A stretch of DNA of 64,000 nucleotides. It comes from Oculatellaceae cyanobacterium bins.114 (lineage in GTDB: Bacteria; Cyanobacteriota; Cyanobacteriia; Elainellales; Elainellaceae). Shown one piece after another: positions 39,243-48,528 of this stretch. The notes beneath the pieces were generated by a model that saw only the letters and a program-made list of their open reading frames with translations, did no database searches and was not told the origin of the DNA. The stretch is from contig JANRJA010000023.1 of assembly GCA_033764315.1 (NCBI GenBank), positions 64,926 through 128,925 of the forward strand, written 5' to 3'. Each line of letters starts with the position of its first letter. Positions within the stretch are counted from its first letter, which is position 1. The position numbers were made by a program, and so were the translations under genes.

Positions 39243-40790
39243 TTAATCTAGCATTGAGTAATCTAAAGATGTAAACAAGTCGGGATCAATGTAGTTGATG
39301 CGGGCTAGAGGGCTGAGTGCCGATAAAACTTGTTTGCCATAGGAGCGGTGATTGACTCGGTTATCGAGCAACGCCACAATGCCTTGAGCATCCCGTACTG
39401 GGGCGATCGCCCGTTGCATTTCACTTAAGGCTTCTGGTAAGAGATAAAGCCGAAACCAATCTTGGCGCGATCGCTTGTAGTGAGCGACTCGTCCTGCCAC
39501 CAGAGGGTCTTCGAGCGAGGGGATAGGCAATGTGGCAATCACCAGCAGGGAAGGAGCCGGTAAAACCACTTGATGGTTGCGCCAAAACTGCCAACCTGTT
39601 ACCAAAATGCCCTGGTCGTCTAAACAGGTCTTTTCGACTTGAACTCGCGATCCATATTGGGCTGCCAAGATAGAGCCGACCTGTGCTTTGAGGGGCACAT
39701 CTCCCACAATCACCACAGTCAAGCCTCGATAATCGGAGCTGGCACTCAACAGCAGATGCAGTTGTTGCATGAGTGCTGCCTGAAACTGAGGAGTGTTTGG
39801 CAACGGCAGGCGATCAGGCAGGTAGAGCTGAATTAATTCGTGTTGGCGATCGGGAGAAAATTTGAGACAGGTCATATCGCCCAAGCCCAATCGTTGCCGA
39901 TAAATCGGAGCCTCTACCTCTAAATCAAGCGCACCGCCAACTAGCACAACGGGTTGTTGCTGCCACACCGATTGGAGAGCCCCAGATACATCCGCCGGTC
40001 CACAGTGTAAGGAAAATTGCCCTTGCCGCCGAGTCACTTCCGTCCAGATTAATTGAGCGTCTTGTTGCAGGTGTTGCCAAAATTTGCGCCAGTTTTCGGG
40101 TAAAACACTCTCAGCATTTGCGCCAGTTGTTGACGTCAGGATTTGCCCCAAGTGGGTTAAAACGTCCTCTTCTGTTGTCTCAATTAAGTAGCGATCGTAA
40201 GGGTTTGAAGGATGCTGAAAGATAGAGCGGGTGAGCTGCACGCGGGCATCGCGAATCATATCGGTGTGATGAGGACAGGCCAGCATTAACTCATCCCAAT
40301 CGCGGGGAGCAATGTTAATCGTCAACTGATCACGCACCCATGTTTCTAAGTCATCTACCCCATCTAGGATGGTGGGGATTCCGGTTGGAAATCTGCCCTG
40401 ATTAAACAGGCGATCGCTCAACCAGGCTTGAGGAGAGGTGAGCAATAAGCCTTGAAAATCATCGTTAACCCAGCGATCGCCCGTGCGAATGGCTTTGTGA
40501 GTTGAGATCCACTGCCGCAACCGAGGGATCTCGACCATGAGCAAACGCTGTTGCACTGCCTCTGATACCACCAGAATTGCCGACCCCTGCCAAATCAACA
40601 GAGGCATTAAATAACTGAGGCGGTAGTGTCCGTGATAACCCGATGGTGCCCCTGCTTGAATCAGGGCACTGCGCCCTACTCGAAGAGCACGAGCAACCAG
40701 TCGCGCCATTGTTAAATGGTGTGACCAGTAGGGTTCGCCCTGTTCTCGTAAGAAGGCGCGGAGTTGTTGATGGACTTCTACCTCAATCAC
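39243..40790 (-). CDS. DinG-like helicase C-terminal domain protein (cyanobacterial type)
   Basis: WSHHLTMARLVARALR; LVIATLPIPSLEDPLV..DWFRLYLLP..VALLDNRVNHRSYG. Confidence 0.8.
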   Translation of the reverse strand: MIEVEVHQQLRAFLREQGEPYWSHHLTMARLVARALRVGRSALIQAGAPSGYHGHYRLSYLMPLLIWQGSAILVVSEAVQQRLLMVEIPRLRQWISTHKAIRTGDRWVNDDFQGLLLTSPQAWLSDRLFNQGRFPTGIPTILDGVDDLETWVRDQLTINIAPRDWDELMLACPHHTDMIRDARVQLTRSIFQHPSNPYDRYLIETTEEDVLTHLGQILTSTTGANAESVLPENWRKFWQHLQQDAQLIWTEVTRRQGQFSLHCGPADVSGALQSVWQQQPVVLVGGALDLEVEAPIYRQRLGLGDMTCLKFSPDRQHELIQLYLPDRLPLPNTPQFQAALMQQLHLLLSASSDYRGLTVVIVGDVPLKAQVGSILAAQYGSRVQVEKTCLDDQGILVTGWQFWRNHQVVLPAPSLLVIATLPIPSLEDPLVAGRVAHYKRSRQDWFRLYLLPEALSEMQRAIAPVRDAQGIVALLDNRVNHRSYGKQVLSALSPLARINYIDPDLFTSLDYSMLD

Positions 40791-40924
40791 AATCTGGAAG
40801 CAGTGATGTTAACGAATGAACTTTATTGTGACACAAACCTGAAGAGACCTTTGTGATGATTGTCAGGATAGACTGGGCTACAAGTCTTGCTGTATCGTTG
40901 ATAGCACTTGAATCCCAAGGTGAA

Positions 40925-41767
40925 ATGAAAGTTGGCATTGTTGGTTTAGGACTGATTGGCGGCTCGATCGCCCTCGATCTGCGACAGTTAAGGGGTTACA
41001 CAATTTTAGGGGTGAGTCGGCGACCCGCAACCTGTCAACAGGCGATCGCCCGTGGGGTCGTAGACGATGCCAGCCCTGACTTGGCGATCTTATCAGCCGC
41101 CGATGTGATATTTCTCTGCACCCCGTTAGACGCGATCAAACCTACTGTAGAGCAACTGCTGCCTCATCTTGCCCCAACGACCGTGTTAACAGATGTTGGC
41201 TCGGTGAAGCAACCAATTGTCGAGGCGATCGCCCCCCTCTGGCACAATTTTGTTGGCGGACACCCAATGGCAGGTACCGCTGATAGCGGGCTAGATGCTG
41301 CCCAAAAAGAATTGTTTGTGAATCGAGCCTATGTATTGACTCCCATCGACACCACCCCTCCTGATGCTGTTGAAGTCGTAGCCACGATCGCGCGATCGCT
41401 GCAAGCTCAGGTTTATCAATGCGCTCCTCTGGCACACGATCAAGCCGTCGCGTGGATCTCTCACTTACCTGTCATGGTCAGTTCTAGCTTGATTGCTGCC
41501 TGCTTACAAGAAACCAACTCAACCGTTTTAGAATTAGCTCAAACATTTGCCAGTTCAGGCTTTCGTGACACTAGCCGAGTGGGAGGGGGCAACCCAGAGC
41601 TAGGGCTAATGATGGCAAAATATAACCAAACCGCCCTGTTGCGATCGCTGCAAACCTATCGCGACCAGCTTGATCAAACGATCTCTTTGATTGAGCAAGC
41701 CAACTGGGAAGCTTTGGAAGCCCAGTTAGAGCAAACCCACGATAGTCGCCCTACATTTGTGGATTAA
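40925..41767 (+). CDS. tyrA: prephenate/arogenate dehydrogenase
   Basis: VGIVGLGLIGGS, TDVGSVK, GGHPMAG, HDQAVAWISHLP, SSGFRDTSRVGG. Confidence 0.95.
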   Translation: MKVGIVGLGLIGGSIALDLRQLRGYTILGVSRRPATCQQAIARGVVDDASPDLAILSAADVIFLCTPLDAIKPTVEQLLPHLAPTTVLTDVGSVKQPIVEAIAPLWHNFVGGHPMAGTADSGLDAAQKELFVNRAYVLTPIDTTPPDAVEVVATIARSLQAQVYQCAPLAHDQAVAWISHLPVMVSSSLIAACLQETNSTVLELAQTFASSGFRDTSRVGGGNPELGLMMAKYNQTALLRSLQTYRDQLDQTISLIEQANWEALEAQLEQTHDSRPTFVD

Positions 41768-41774
41768 GGCAATT

Positions 41775-41843
41775 AGATCCCTGGTTTCTCATCCAGGCAA
41801 ACTGAAACGTTAACCCGAATCAACTTACAGAAACCGGGGATCT
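41775..41843. repeat. short inverted-repeat element (family shared with 16078-16144)
   Basis: AGATCCCTGGTTTCT ... AGAAACCGGGGATCT. Confidence 0.78.
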
Positions 41844-41873
41844 CAAATGGCGCATCATTGAGTTCTGACAGGG

Positions 41874-42077
41874 TTAGTCTTCTGGCAAAATCCACTGCGG
41901 GGGTGCCGTCATCTTTTTGCGGATGGCCTCATCCGCGATCGCCAACATCTCATCGAGCGACTTTTCTTTAATAAACTGTGAGGCTTGTTCACGATATTGC
42001 AAATTGGGACAGCGATCGCCCAAAACACACCCGTTGATACAAGCTTCAGCGCAATTGATATTAACTTCAGGATTCAT
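41874..42077 (-). CDS. small Cys-rich hypothetical protein
   Basis: NCAEACINGCVLGDRCPN; GGGAGA RBS upstream. Confidence 0.75.
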   Translation of the reverse strand: MNPEVNINCAEACINGCVLGDRCPNLQYREQASQFIKEKSLDEMLAIADEAIRKKMTAPPQWILPED

Positions 42078-42164
42078 ATTAGTTCTCCCTGAATCTCTTT
42101 CTCTGAAAATAATCCAGCTACAACCCCGTTCAATCTGTCTATGGAAAGTATTTAACTTTACAAA

Positions 42165-44426
42165 TCATAACATCATCAATGTTGCAGCTTGACGCTGATA
42201 AATTTCCCACATTTGGGTATAAGCCTTTTCTAACTCACGAGTAAATTGCCGTGCATTCCATAGAGGAGCGGTCTGGCGCGATCGCCAGAGTTGCCACGCG
42301 ATCTGATCGCGCAGGGCAGCATCTTGGCCCAATCGAATGCCCCAGTCTATATATTCTTGATCTGTCCAGGCAATTCCTGCTTCAACTCCCGCATTCATCA
42401 GCATGGTGTAGCTGTTACGAGCCGCAAATTGATTCCCTACCCGTGTCACCAGTGGAATGCCCATCCACAAGGTTTCCAGAGTAGTCGTAGCCCCGTTATA
42501 AGGAAATGTGTCAAGCACCACATCCGCTAGTTTCAGGTTGGCACGATGATTCTCTTCATACGCCTCATTGGATAGGAACTTGAGGCGATCGCTCTCTACT
42601 CCCTCCTCAGCGGCAATTTGCTGGAAAAAGGCTTGCAATCCCTGTTGATCTCCTGATCCCTTAATCAAGAAATAAGCATTGGGAACGGCTTTGACAATCT
42701 GCATTTGTAACCGAATTGTGTCAGGGTGGCGTTTATAAGCAGATTGGGCACTGAGATAGACGATCGCCTCAGCGGGAATGCCTAAATCGCTGCGTCTTAG
42801 GGTAGGCACTCCTACCTCAAAGCCATCCACTGCAATATAGGTTTGAGGCAGCCGCCAAATCCGTTCGGCATAATATTCCTGAGCCACATCAGGCAACACA
42901 TAGGGATCGGCCAAAAAATAGTCAATTGCTGGTAATCCGGAAGCATCCAGCCCCAACCAGGTCACTTGAATCGGAGCTGGTTTCAGAGCCATCACCCCAC
43001 AGGTGTAGTCAGCCGTGATGCTGTCTAGGTCTACGAGAATGTCAATTTCATCATCTTGAATAGCTTTTGCAATCCCCAAAATGTCGCCATCAAAACAACA
43101 GGCATGGGTGGCTTGGCTGGCAAACCATTGCTTTGAGAAGTCATCAATGCGACTTTGATGATTGAAATAGGCATAAACATCAAAGCGATCGCGGTCATAG
43201 TGCTGAAACACCCATCGACACAACCACCCTACAGAATGCCGCCAGAGGCAGCGCGAGAGATAGCCAATCCGCAATTTAGGGTGAGCCGATCGAGAGAGCC
43301 GTGTTAGGGAATAGGGTTGATAATCTTGAGCGTGTTTTTGAATAAAAGCTGTGACGCTGTCTTGATAAAGATGAGACAACTGGTTCTGCAAGGGACGATT
43401 TACCGCAGGGCGATCGCCAAAATAGGGGTAAAAGAAAACCGGAGTGCACATGATTGACGCATCTAAAAACTGGTCAGGCTCAATCTCGTACTCCGTTAGA
43501 AAAGAACGCAATAAAGCAGTACCGCGATCGTGTACCTCCTCGGCTGCCTGCCACTGTGCCCCAGCAGTCATTAAACCCCGTAGCACTAGAGCATTGCCCA
43601 TGAGTTTTTGAATGGCAGTTTGGCAACCTACAAAATATTGTTTTGCCAGCTCGATGCCCTCTGCATGTCTGCCCACATCTTGATAAAACGAGGCAAGCCT
43701 CAGCAGGGTTTCTGCATGGTGAGGATCAAGCGTTAAACAGACCTCGGCATAACGACAGGCTAATTGAGGTTGCCGTAATAGTTTGGCAAGTATGACTGCC
43801 TTTTGAAGCAGTAACTCAATCCAAGTGGGGCGATCGCTCATATACGGCACGCTTGCCCGCACTAGTTCCAGCACTAAAGGATGTTCTAACGCCTGATCTA
43901 AAGCTTGCTCTATAACCTGCTGTAGGAGTGTCGCCTCAAGCGTGGAGGGGTTGGCTTGTAACTGGGTAATCAGATCTAGATCTTCAATGACTTCAGGGTT
44001 AAATGGCTCTAATCGAAGAGTCAGGTGCAGCAGGTGCAACAGATTATGAATGTCATTAGGATTTAGCTCTCGGCAATAGTGTCGAATGCCCCATGCTAAC
44101 CGCCACTCTTGGCGAGTAGTGCGTTGTTCTGCCTCTGTCTGGAGAATCTCCAGCAATTCATGAGTCCACTGTTCTATCTGGTCGGGTTCCCCCTCCGTTA
44201 TGGCCGTAAACCAGATCAATTGCGCTTCTGCTTCTTGCTCTTGCAAGAGGTGCGCCAGACCGAGATACCAATAGCATTGTTTGAATGTTGGGGAAATTTG
44301 AAGAGCCTGTTCACACAGGGTTGCGGCTTGATCGTAGTCATTTGAAGCGATTTGACTAATTGCCTGCTGCAACAGTTGCTCAACCGATGGAGGGTTAGAA
44401 GATGGGAATGAAGCCTGAGAATTCAC
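42165..44426 (-). CDS. O-linked glycosyltransferase, GT41 (OGT/SPINDLY family, OgtA-like)
   Basis: TPRs; LRIGYLS..HSVGWL, DEIDILVDLD, PAPIQVTWLG, DVVLDTFPYNGATTTLETLWMGIPLVT; immediately downstream of pilin. Confidence 0.9.
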   Translation of the reverse strand: MNSQASFPSSNPPSVEQLLQQAISQIASNDYDQAATLCEQALQISPTFKQCYWYLGLAHLLQEQEAEAQLIWFTAITEGEPDQIEQWTHELLEILQTEAEQRTTRQEWRLAWGIRHYCRELNPNDIHNLLHLLHLTLRLEPFNPEVIEDLDLITQLQANPSTLEATLLQQVIEQALDQALEHPLVLELVRASVPYMSDRPTWIELLLQKAVILAKLLRQPQLACRYAEVCLTLDPHHAETLLRLASFYQDVGRHAEGIELAKQYFVGCQTAIQKLMGNALVLRGLMTAGAQWQAAEEVHDRGTALLRSFLTEYEIEPDQFLDASIMCTPVFFYPYFGDRPAVNRPLQNQLSHLYQDSVTAFIQKHAQDYQPYSLTRLSRSAHPKLRIGYLSRCLWRHSVGWLCRWVFQHYDRDRFDVYAYFNHQSRIDDFSKQWFASQATHACCFDGDILGIAKAIQDDEIDILVDLDSITADYTCGVMALKPAPIQVTWLGLDASGLPAIDYFLADPYVLPDVAQEYYAERIWRLPQTYIAVDGFEVGVPTLRRSDLGIPAEAIVYLSAQSAYKRHPDTIRLQMQIVKAVPNAYFLIKGSGDQQGLQAFFQQIAAEEGVESDRLKFLSNEAYEENHRANLKLADVVLDTFPYNGATTTLETLWMGIPLVTRVGNQFAARNSYTMLMNAGVEAGIAWTDQEYIDWGIRLGQDAALRDQIAWQLWRSRQTAPLWNARQFTRELEKAYTQMWEIYQRQAATLMML

Positions 44427-44523
44427 AGTTTATTAAATTGAAGCTACACTGGAATTATCTAAAACTTGAGTGCGGGGACGGGGGCTAATTATATGCTCTG
44501 GTGCTCCCTATGATAAACAGGGT

Positions 44524-44562
44524 AAAAGCTACCAGGAGACTTAAACAGACCTGGTAGCTTTT
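44524..44562. terminator. stem-loop terminator/processing site between pilA and the OGT gene
   Basis: AAAAGCTACCAGG ... CCTGGTAGCTTTT. Confidence 0.7.
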
Positions 44563-44660
44563 TATTGTGCTGAATCTGCAAGGAAACCTCTAGAGGGGTA
44601 AGGCGGGCGATCGCATTTGCAATACTATCATCCCGCTCTATTGACTGACCCTATTAGAGA

Positions 44661-45149
44661 TTAGGGACAAACGGTCTTACCAGAAACGGTAGGAGTCAAG
44701 GAAGGAGAAGTACCTTCACAGAGGATTGCCAATGTAGTAGCGGTGTTATCAGTACCGACACCGACCCATACACGACCTGCATAACCCTTCAGAGTTGCAA
44801 TAGGGCTAGCTGTGGTAACGGCTTCAGCAGTTGTACCAGAACCACCAGGCGTAGAAGCATAGGTGTAGTTTTTGGTGTTGCTGATACCCAATTCCAGGTT
44901 AGACAGGTTACCAAAGGTGTTCTTCTCAAGGAAGTATGCTTGTTGACCCCGGTTGATAGAACCAACGTAGGTGGAAGCTTCAGACTGACGGGCTTTGTTG
45001 GCTTGGTTCAGGAAGGAGGGTAGTGCGATCGCTGAGAGAATACCGATGATGATGATAACAACAAGCAATTCGATCAGGGTGAAACCTTTATCGCTTTCTT
45101 TGCGCTCGATCAAGTGCTGAAGGAACTTTGCTTTCAATTCGGTTTTCAT
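44661..45149 (-). CDS. pilA: type IV major pilin (pilin G/H-like family)
   Basis: Class III signal KG/FTLIELLVVIIIIGILSAIALPSFL; C-terminal Cys pair; AAGGAG RBS. Confidence 0.92.
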   Translation of the reverse strand: MKTELKAKFLQHLIERKESDKGFTLIELLVVIIIIGILSAIALPSFLNQANKARQSEASTYVGSINRGQQAYFLEKNTFGNLSNLELGISNTKNYTYASTPGGSGTTAEAVTTASPIATLKGYAGRVWVGVGTDNTATTLAILCEGTSPSLTPTVSGKTVCP

Positions 45150-45199
45150 GGAATGTGTCTCCTTGAGTTGCGGGAATATGATTTCTAACTCCTGGGTAT

Positions 45200-45208
45200 A
45201 ACTTGCCC
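45200..45208 (-). promoter_or_regulatory. possible SigF/SigJ-type promoter box for pilA
   Basis: GGGCAAGTT about 50 nt upstream of the pilA ATG. Confidence 0.35.
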
Positions 45209-45261
45209 AGCTTTTGCCTGGTTCATATCACTTGCTGTAAAAAAACTGACTATTTTGATGC

Positions 45262-45503
45262 TGAGTCTTGTTATTGACAGATAGGGTTCGGAAATATAGC
45301 TTTGGTCAGAAAGCTTAAGGCAAAAGTAATGGCTCAAGTCCTGATGCTGGGAAAGCTTTCTGACTCGCCTCCGCCCCATTGAATTAAAACCAGGGGGTTT
45401 TTGGGGCTTGGTGCCCGTGGTCAGGGGTTCCACCGTTCGGCTGAGTTCACGACAAAGCCCCTGCACCCTGAACTCTGCACTCCACTTATGGGTGCTGTAC
45501 TGA
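45262..45503. mobile_element. MITE-like element copy 1 with nested ~25-bp insertion
   Basis: Shares ACAGATAGGGTTCGG, AAAACCA-GGGGGT, TGCCC, CAGGGGTT-CACC and CCCCTGCACCC with 48311-48435. Confidence 0.6.
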
Positions 45504-46841
45504 GTGCGGTTGTAGCAAGATGTAGCAGAAAGCCTCTAGTTGTTCCAGCAGTTGCTTTAGCTCTTGCAGAGCCGTTTGTTCTACGACAGGTTCTAAAGTA
45601 GCCGGATGCAAAGGGCGGATTTTGAGATATCGGTTGACTAGAGCCTGGAGAGATTGAGGGCCTTCCCAGAGGGGCAAAAGGGTTGCCGCAAGAGGGCTAT
45701 CGAGCATCACTGCACCAGGAGCTGACAGCTTAATATACCGGCTAATCTCAAAAGCTGTTGAGACATTAATGCAACCCATCAAATGATCTTTCACCGTGTC
45801 TATTCGCAATAGAGGATGCAGGTGAACCGTGCAGTTTTGCCAGACTTCCTCATCCCATTGAGACACAGGGGTAGGAGGAAGGCTTTGAGTGGGGTGCCCA
45901 CACCAAAAATCAAACAACCGATTTACTGGGTGTAACAACTCAAAAATGTGCAACTGCTCGGCGATTGATGTCTTGTCAAGCAACTGTTGCCAGCGAGGGG
46001 GTAATTGAGTTGGGTTTTTGAACAGGTTAGGAATTTGCCACTGCAACCAGTTCACCATGCTAATGAACTCTAACCCTGCCTCTGCAAACATGGAAAACAA
46101 CTGAGGAATCGTGAAGCCTTTATCTTCTTGAAGGAGATGATTTGCCAGGATCTCTGCCATGACTTGCTCCGGATTGTCGGTCGATTCATAGCGGCTTCCC
46201 CATGCCTGAACTTTAAGCCTGATGTCGGGCTTGAGGGTTTTCATGGTTTCGGAGACAATGCCAATCTCAAACTCCTCAGGGTTGCTATCCATTAAACCCA
46301 TCATCTTGAATAGGTCTTGAGCTTGATAAAAACTCTCTCGTTGAAAGTAGCTGTGCAGGTTGGCTCGAATGATCCCCTTGGGTTTTAACACTGATCGCAA
46401 AGCGGTTAACCCCAGAGTGGGATCGGGTAACAAATACAACACTTCGTCACAGTTGATAAAGTCAAACTCTAGCCCCAACTCAGTCAAGTCTTCGAGGGCG
46501 ATCGCATGAAACTCAGCATTGGTGATGCCATGATGCTTGAGGCGCAGATCGGCTAACTCGACCGATGCAGGTGATAAATCAACCCCAATCACTCGTGCGC
46601 CAGGGTTAGATAACGCTAGATTGAGGGCTTTGTAACCACTGCCACAACCCGCATCGAGAATGAGGGTGTCTTTGGTGTCTACGACTTGCTGATAGCGTAG
46701 ATAGTAAGGGGTTACCAGATTGTGTAAGAACAGCGAGTGATAGTCTTCTTGGGGAAATTTATCAAGGGGGACTCTAGGATAGGGCGCAAAGTCAAACTGT
46801 TGTCGAATCCTTTCAAGCCTTTCGGGGGTTAGGTTATCCAT
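45486..46841 (-). CDS. class I SAM-dependent methyltransferase with long C-terminal extension
   Basis: ILDAGCGSG, GVDLS, FDFINCDEVLYLLPDP. Confidence 0.9.
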   Translation of the reverse strand: MDNLTPERLERIRQQFDFAPYPRVPLDKFPQEDYHSLFLHNLVTPYYLRYQQVVDTKDTLILDAGCGSGYKALNLALSNPGARVIGVDLSPASVELADLRLKHHGITNAEFHAIALEDLTELGLEFDFINCDEVLYLLPDPTLGLTALRSVLKPKGIIRANLHSYFQRESFYQAQDLFKMMGLMDSNPEEFEIGIVSETMKTLKPDIRLKVQAWGSRYESTDNPEQVMAEILANHLLQEDKGFTIPQLFSMFAEAGLEFISMVNWLQWQIPNLFKNPTQLPPRWQQLLDKTSIAEQLHIFELLHPVNRLFDFWCGHPTQSLPPTPVSQWDEEVWQNCTVHLHPLLRIDTVKDHLMGCINVSTAFEISRYIKLSAPGAVMLDSPLAATLLPLWEGPQSLQALVNRYLKIRPLHPATLEPVVEQTALQELKQLLEQLEAFCYILLQPHSVQHP

Positions 46842-48171
46842 GAGTGGGTTGTTCTAACAAGACGTAGAGAAATGGGTGTAATTGATTGAGAAACCGCTTG
46901 ACCTCGGCGATCGCTGCTTCAGTCGTGATGGGTTCTAGCGTGATGGGATCACGGGTGTGTAGCTTGAGATAGCGATCGACCAGGGTCATGAAGGATTGTG
47001 GTGCTTCCCACAGGGGTAGTAGACAGGCGGCTACATGGCTCTGCAACACAACAGGTCCCAAAGTTGGTAGATCAACGTATTTACTGATCTCAAATGATTT
47101 AGCGTTGATCACAGTTTGGAGCAGATCAGTTTTGGCGCGATCGTGCCGAATTTGAGGATGCAGGTGAATGATGGCAGTTTGCCAGTCTGCATCTGTCCAC
47201 TCATCTATTGGTAAAAAATCAGCCTCTGCATCAGGATGCGTGCACCAACAATCTAATAAGCGATTGACGGGATGCAGCAATTCATAAAGACGCAGCCTTT
47301 CAGCGATCGATGCCCCCTCTAAACTCATTGCCCAAATCGCAGGCAAGTTATCGGGATCTTGAAACAGGTCGGTGACATCCCAATGTCGCCAGTTGACCAT
47401 GCTGAGAAACTCTAGGTCGGCTGTCTCGATGAGGGCAAACAAATCGGGGATGGTAAAGCCTTTATCACCCACCAGCAAATGATTTGCCAAAATTTGACCA
47501 CTATTTTCTGGTTTTTCCCATTCGGCTTTCCAGGCTGTGGTTTTAAGTTTGACATCATCCTTCAAGGCGTTCATGGTTTCAATTACGGCGGCAACGGCAC
47601 TATCAGCCGAATCCTCATCCATCAAACCCATCAATTTAAATAATGCCTGTCCCCGATAAAAGTTTCTGCGTTGCAAGGTGCTATGCAGGTTGAGCCGCAA
47701 AATGCCGTTTGGTTTCAACACTGATCGCATGACATTGAGTCCTGCAACCGGATCGGGGATCAGATAGAGCGTTTCGTCGCAGTTAATATAGTCAAACTCA
47801 ATTCCCAATTGGGGCACGTCCTCGATCGCCAATCCGTAAAACTGAGTAGAGTCAAATCCGTGATATTCCAGACGCGCTTTGGCTAACTTAATCGATTCTT
47901 CAGAAATATCAATGCCAATTATGGTGGCCCCGGGGTTAGCTTCTGCCAGAGTGAGTGCGTTAAAGCCGCTGCCACACCCTGCATCCAAAATAAATTTATT
48001 TTGAGTATCAATAACCTTTTGATACTTCAGGTAATAGGGCGTTACTAAATTGTGTTTATAGAGCAGATTGTCATTTGTTTTAGGAGACTCTTCTAACGGA
48101 ATCCGAGGGAATGGGGCGTGATCAAACAGTTGACGAAGTTTTTCTAGGGATTCGGAGACTTGACTGTCCAT
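46834..48171 (-). CDS. class I SAM-dependent methyltransferase, tandem paralog
   Basis: ILDAGCGSG, GIDIS, FDYINCDETLYLIPDP; ATG 48171 with AGGA RBS; overlaps next gene by 8 nt. Confidence 0.9.
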   Translation of the reverse strand: MDSQVSESLEKLRQLFDHAPFPRIPLEESPKTNDNLLYKHNLVTPYYLKYQKVIDTQNKFILDAGCGSGFNALTLAEANPGATIIGIDISEESIKLAKARLEYHGFDSTQFYGLAIEDVPQLGIEFDYINCDETLYLIPDPVAGLNVMRSVLKPNGILRLNLHSTLQRRNFYRGQALFKLMGLMDEDSADSAVAAVIETMNALKDDVKLKTTAWKAEWEKPENSGQILANHLLVGDKGFTIPDLFALIETADLEFLSMVNWRHWDVTDLFQDPDNLPAIWAMSLEGASIAERLRLYELLHPVNRLLDCWCTHPDAEADFLPIDEWTDADWQTAIIHLHPQIRHDRAKTDLLQTVINAKSFEISKYVDLPTLGPVVLQSHVAACLLPLWEAPQSFMTLVDRYLKLHTRDPITLEPITTEAAIAEVKRFLNQLHPFLYVLLEQPTHG

Positions 48172-48241
48172 GAGTTGATGTCCTAGTGCTGGTGTCCCAA
48201 ATAGGGCAAAGGTGGAGGCAAGTGACAGGTGTTCTTGGCTC

Positions 48242-48250
48242 AGTATTCCC
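48242..48250 (-). promoter_or_regulatory. SigJ-type promoter box (J-box)
   Basis: Exact GGGAATACT ~70 nt upstream of the methyltransferase ATG. Confidence 0.6.
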
Positions 48251-48310
48251 ACCTGCTTCTTCTTTGTTACTTCATCTGTGCACTGGCATCAGGGAATGAT
48301 TTGCTGTACT

Positions 48311-48435
48311 TAGTACTGCTTTTCACAGATAGGGTTCGGCAATAAAACCAAGGGGGTGTGGGGGTTGTGCCCCCAGCCAGGGGTTTCACCCCTGCACCCC
48401 AAATTCCCACCCCTATTTATGACGAGTTGTACTTA
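48311..48435. mobile_element. MITE-like element copy 2
   Basis: Imperfect terminal IRs AGTACTGCTTTTCACAGATAGGG / CCCTATTTATGACGAGTTGTACT; internal hairpins GGGGGTTGTGCCCCC and CAGGGGTTTCACCCCTG. Confidence 0.65.
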
Positions 48436-48528
48436 GCGATTTCCCTGATTCAGTAATATCCCCATCATGAACTAATTGACGTTAGGATATTTGAATACCT
48501 AATTTTATAAAGGTTTGAAGTAGAAGGT

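Noticed and set aside
48172-48252. GTG start at 48252 for the upstream methyltransferase
   Set aside because: It overlaps the J-box; the paralog aligns from ATG 48171, which has an RBS
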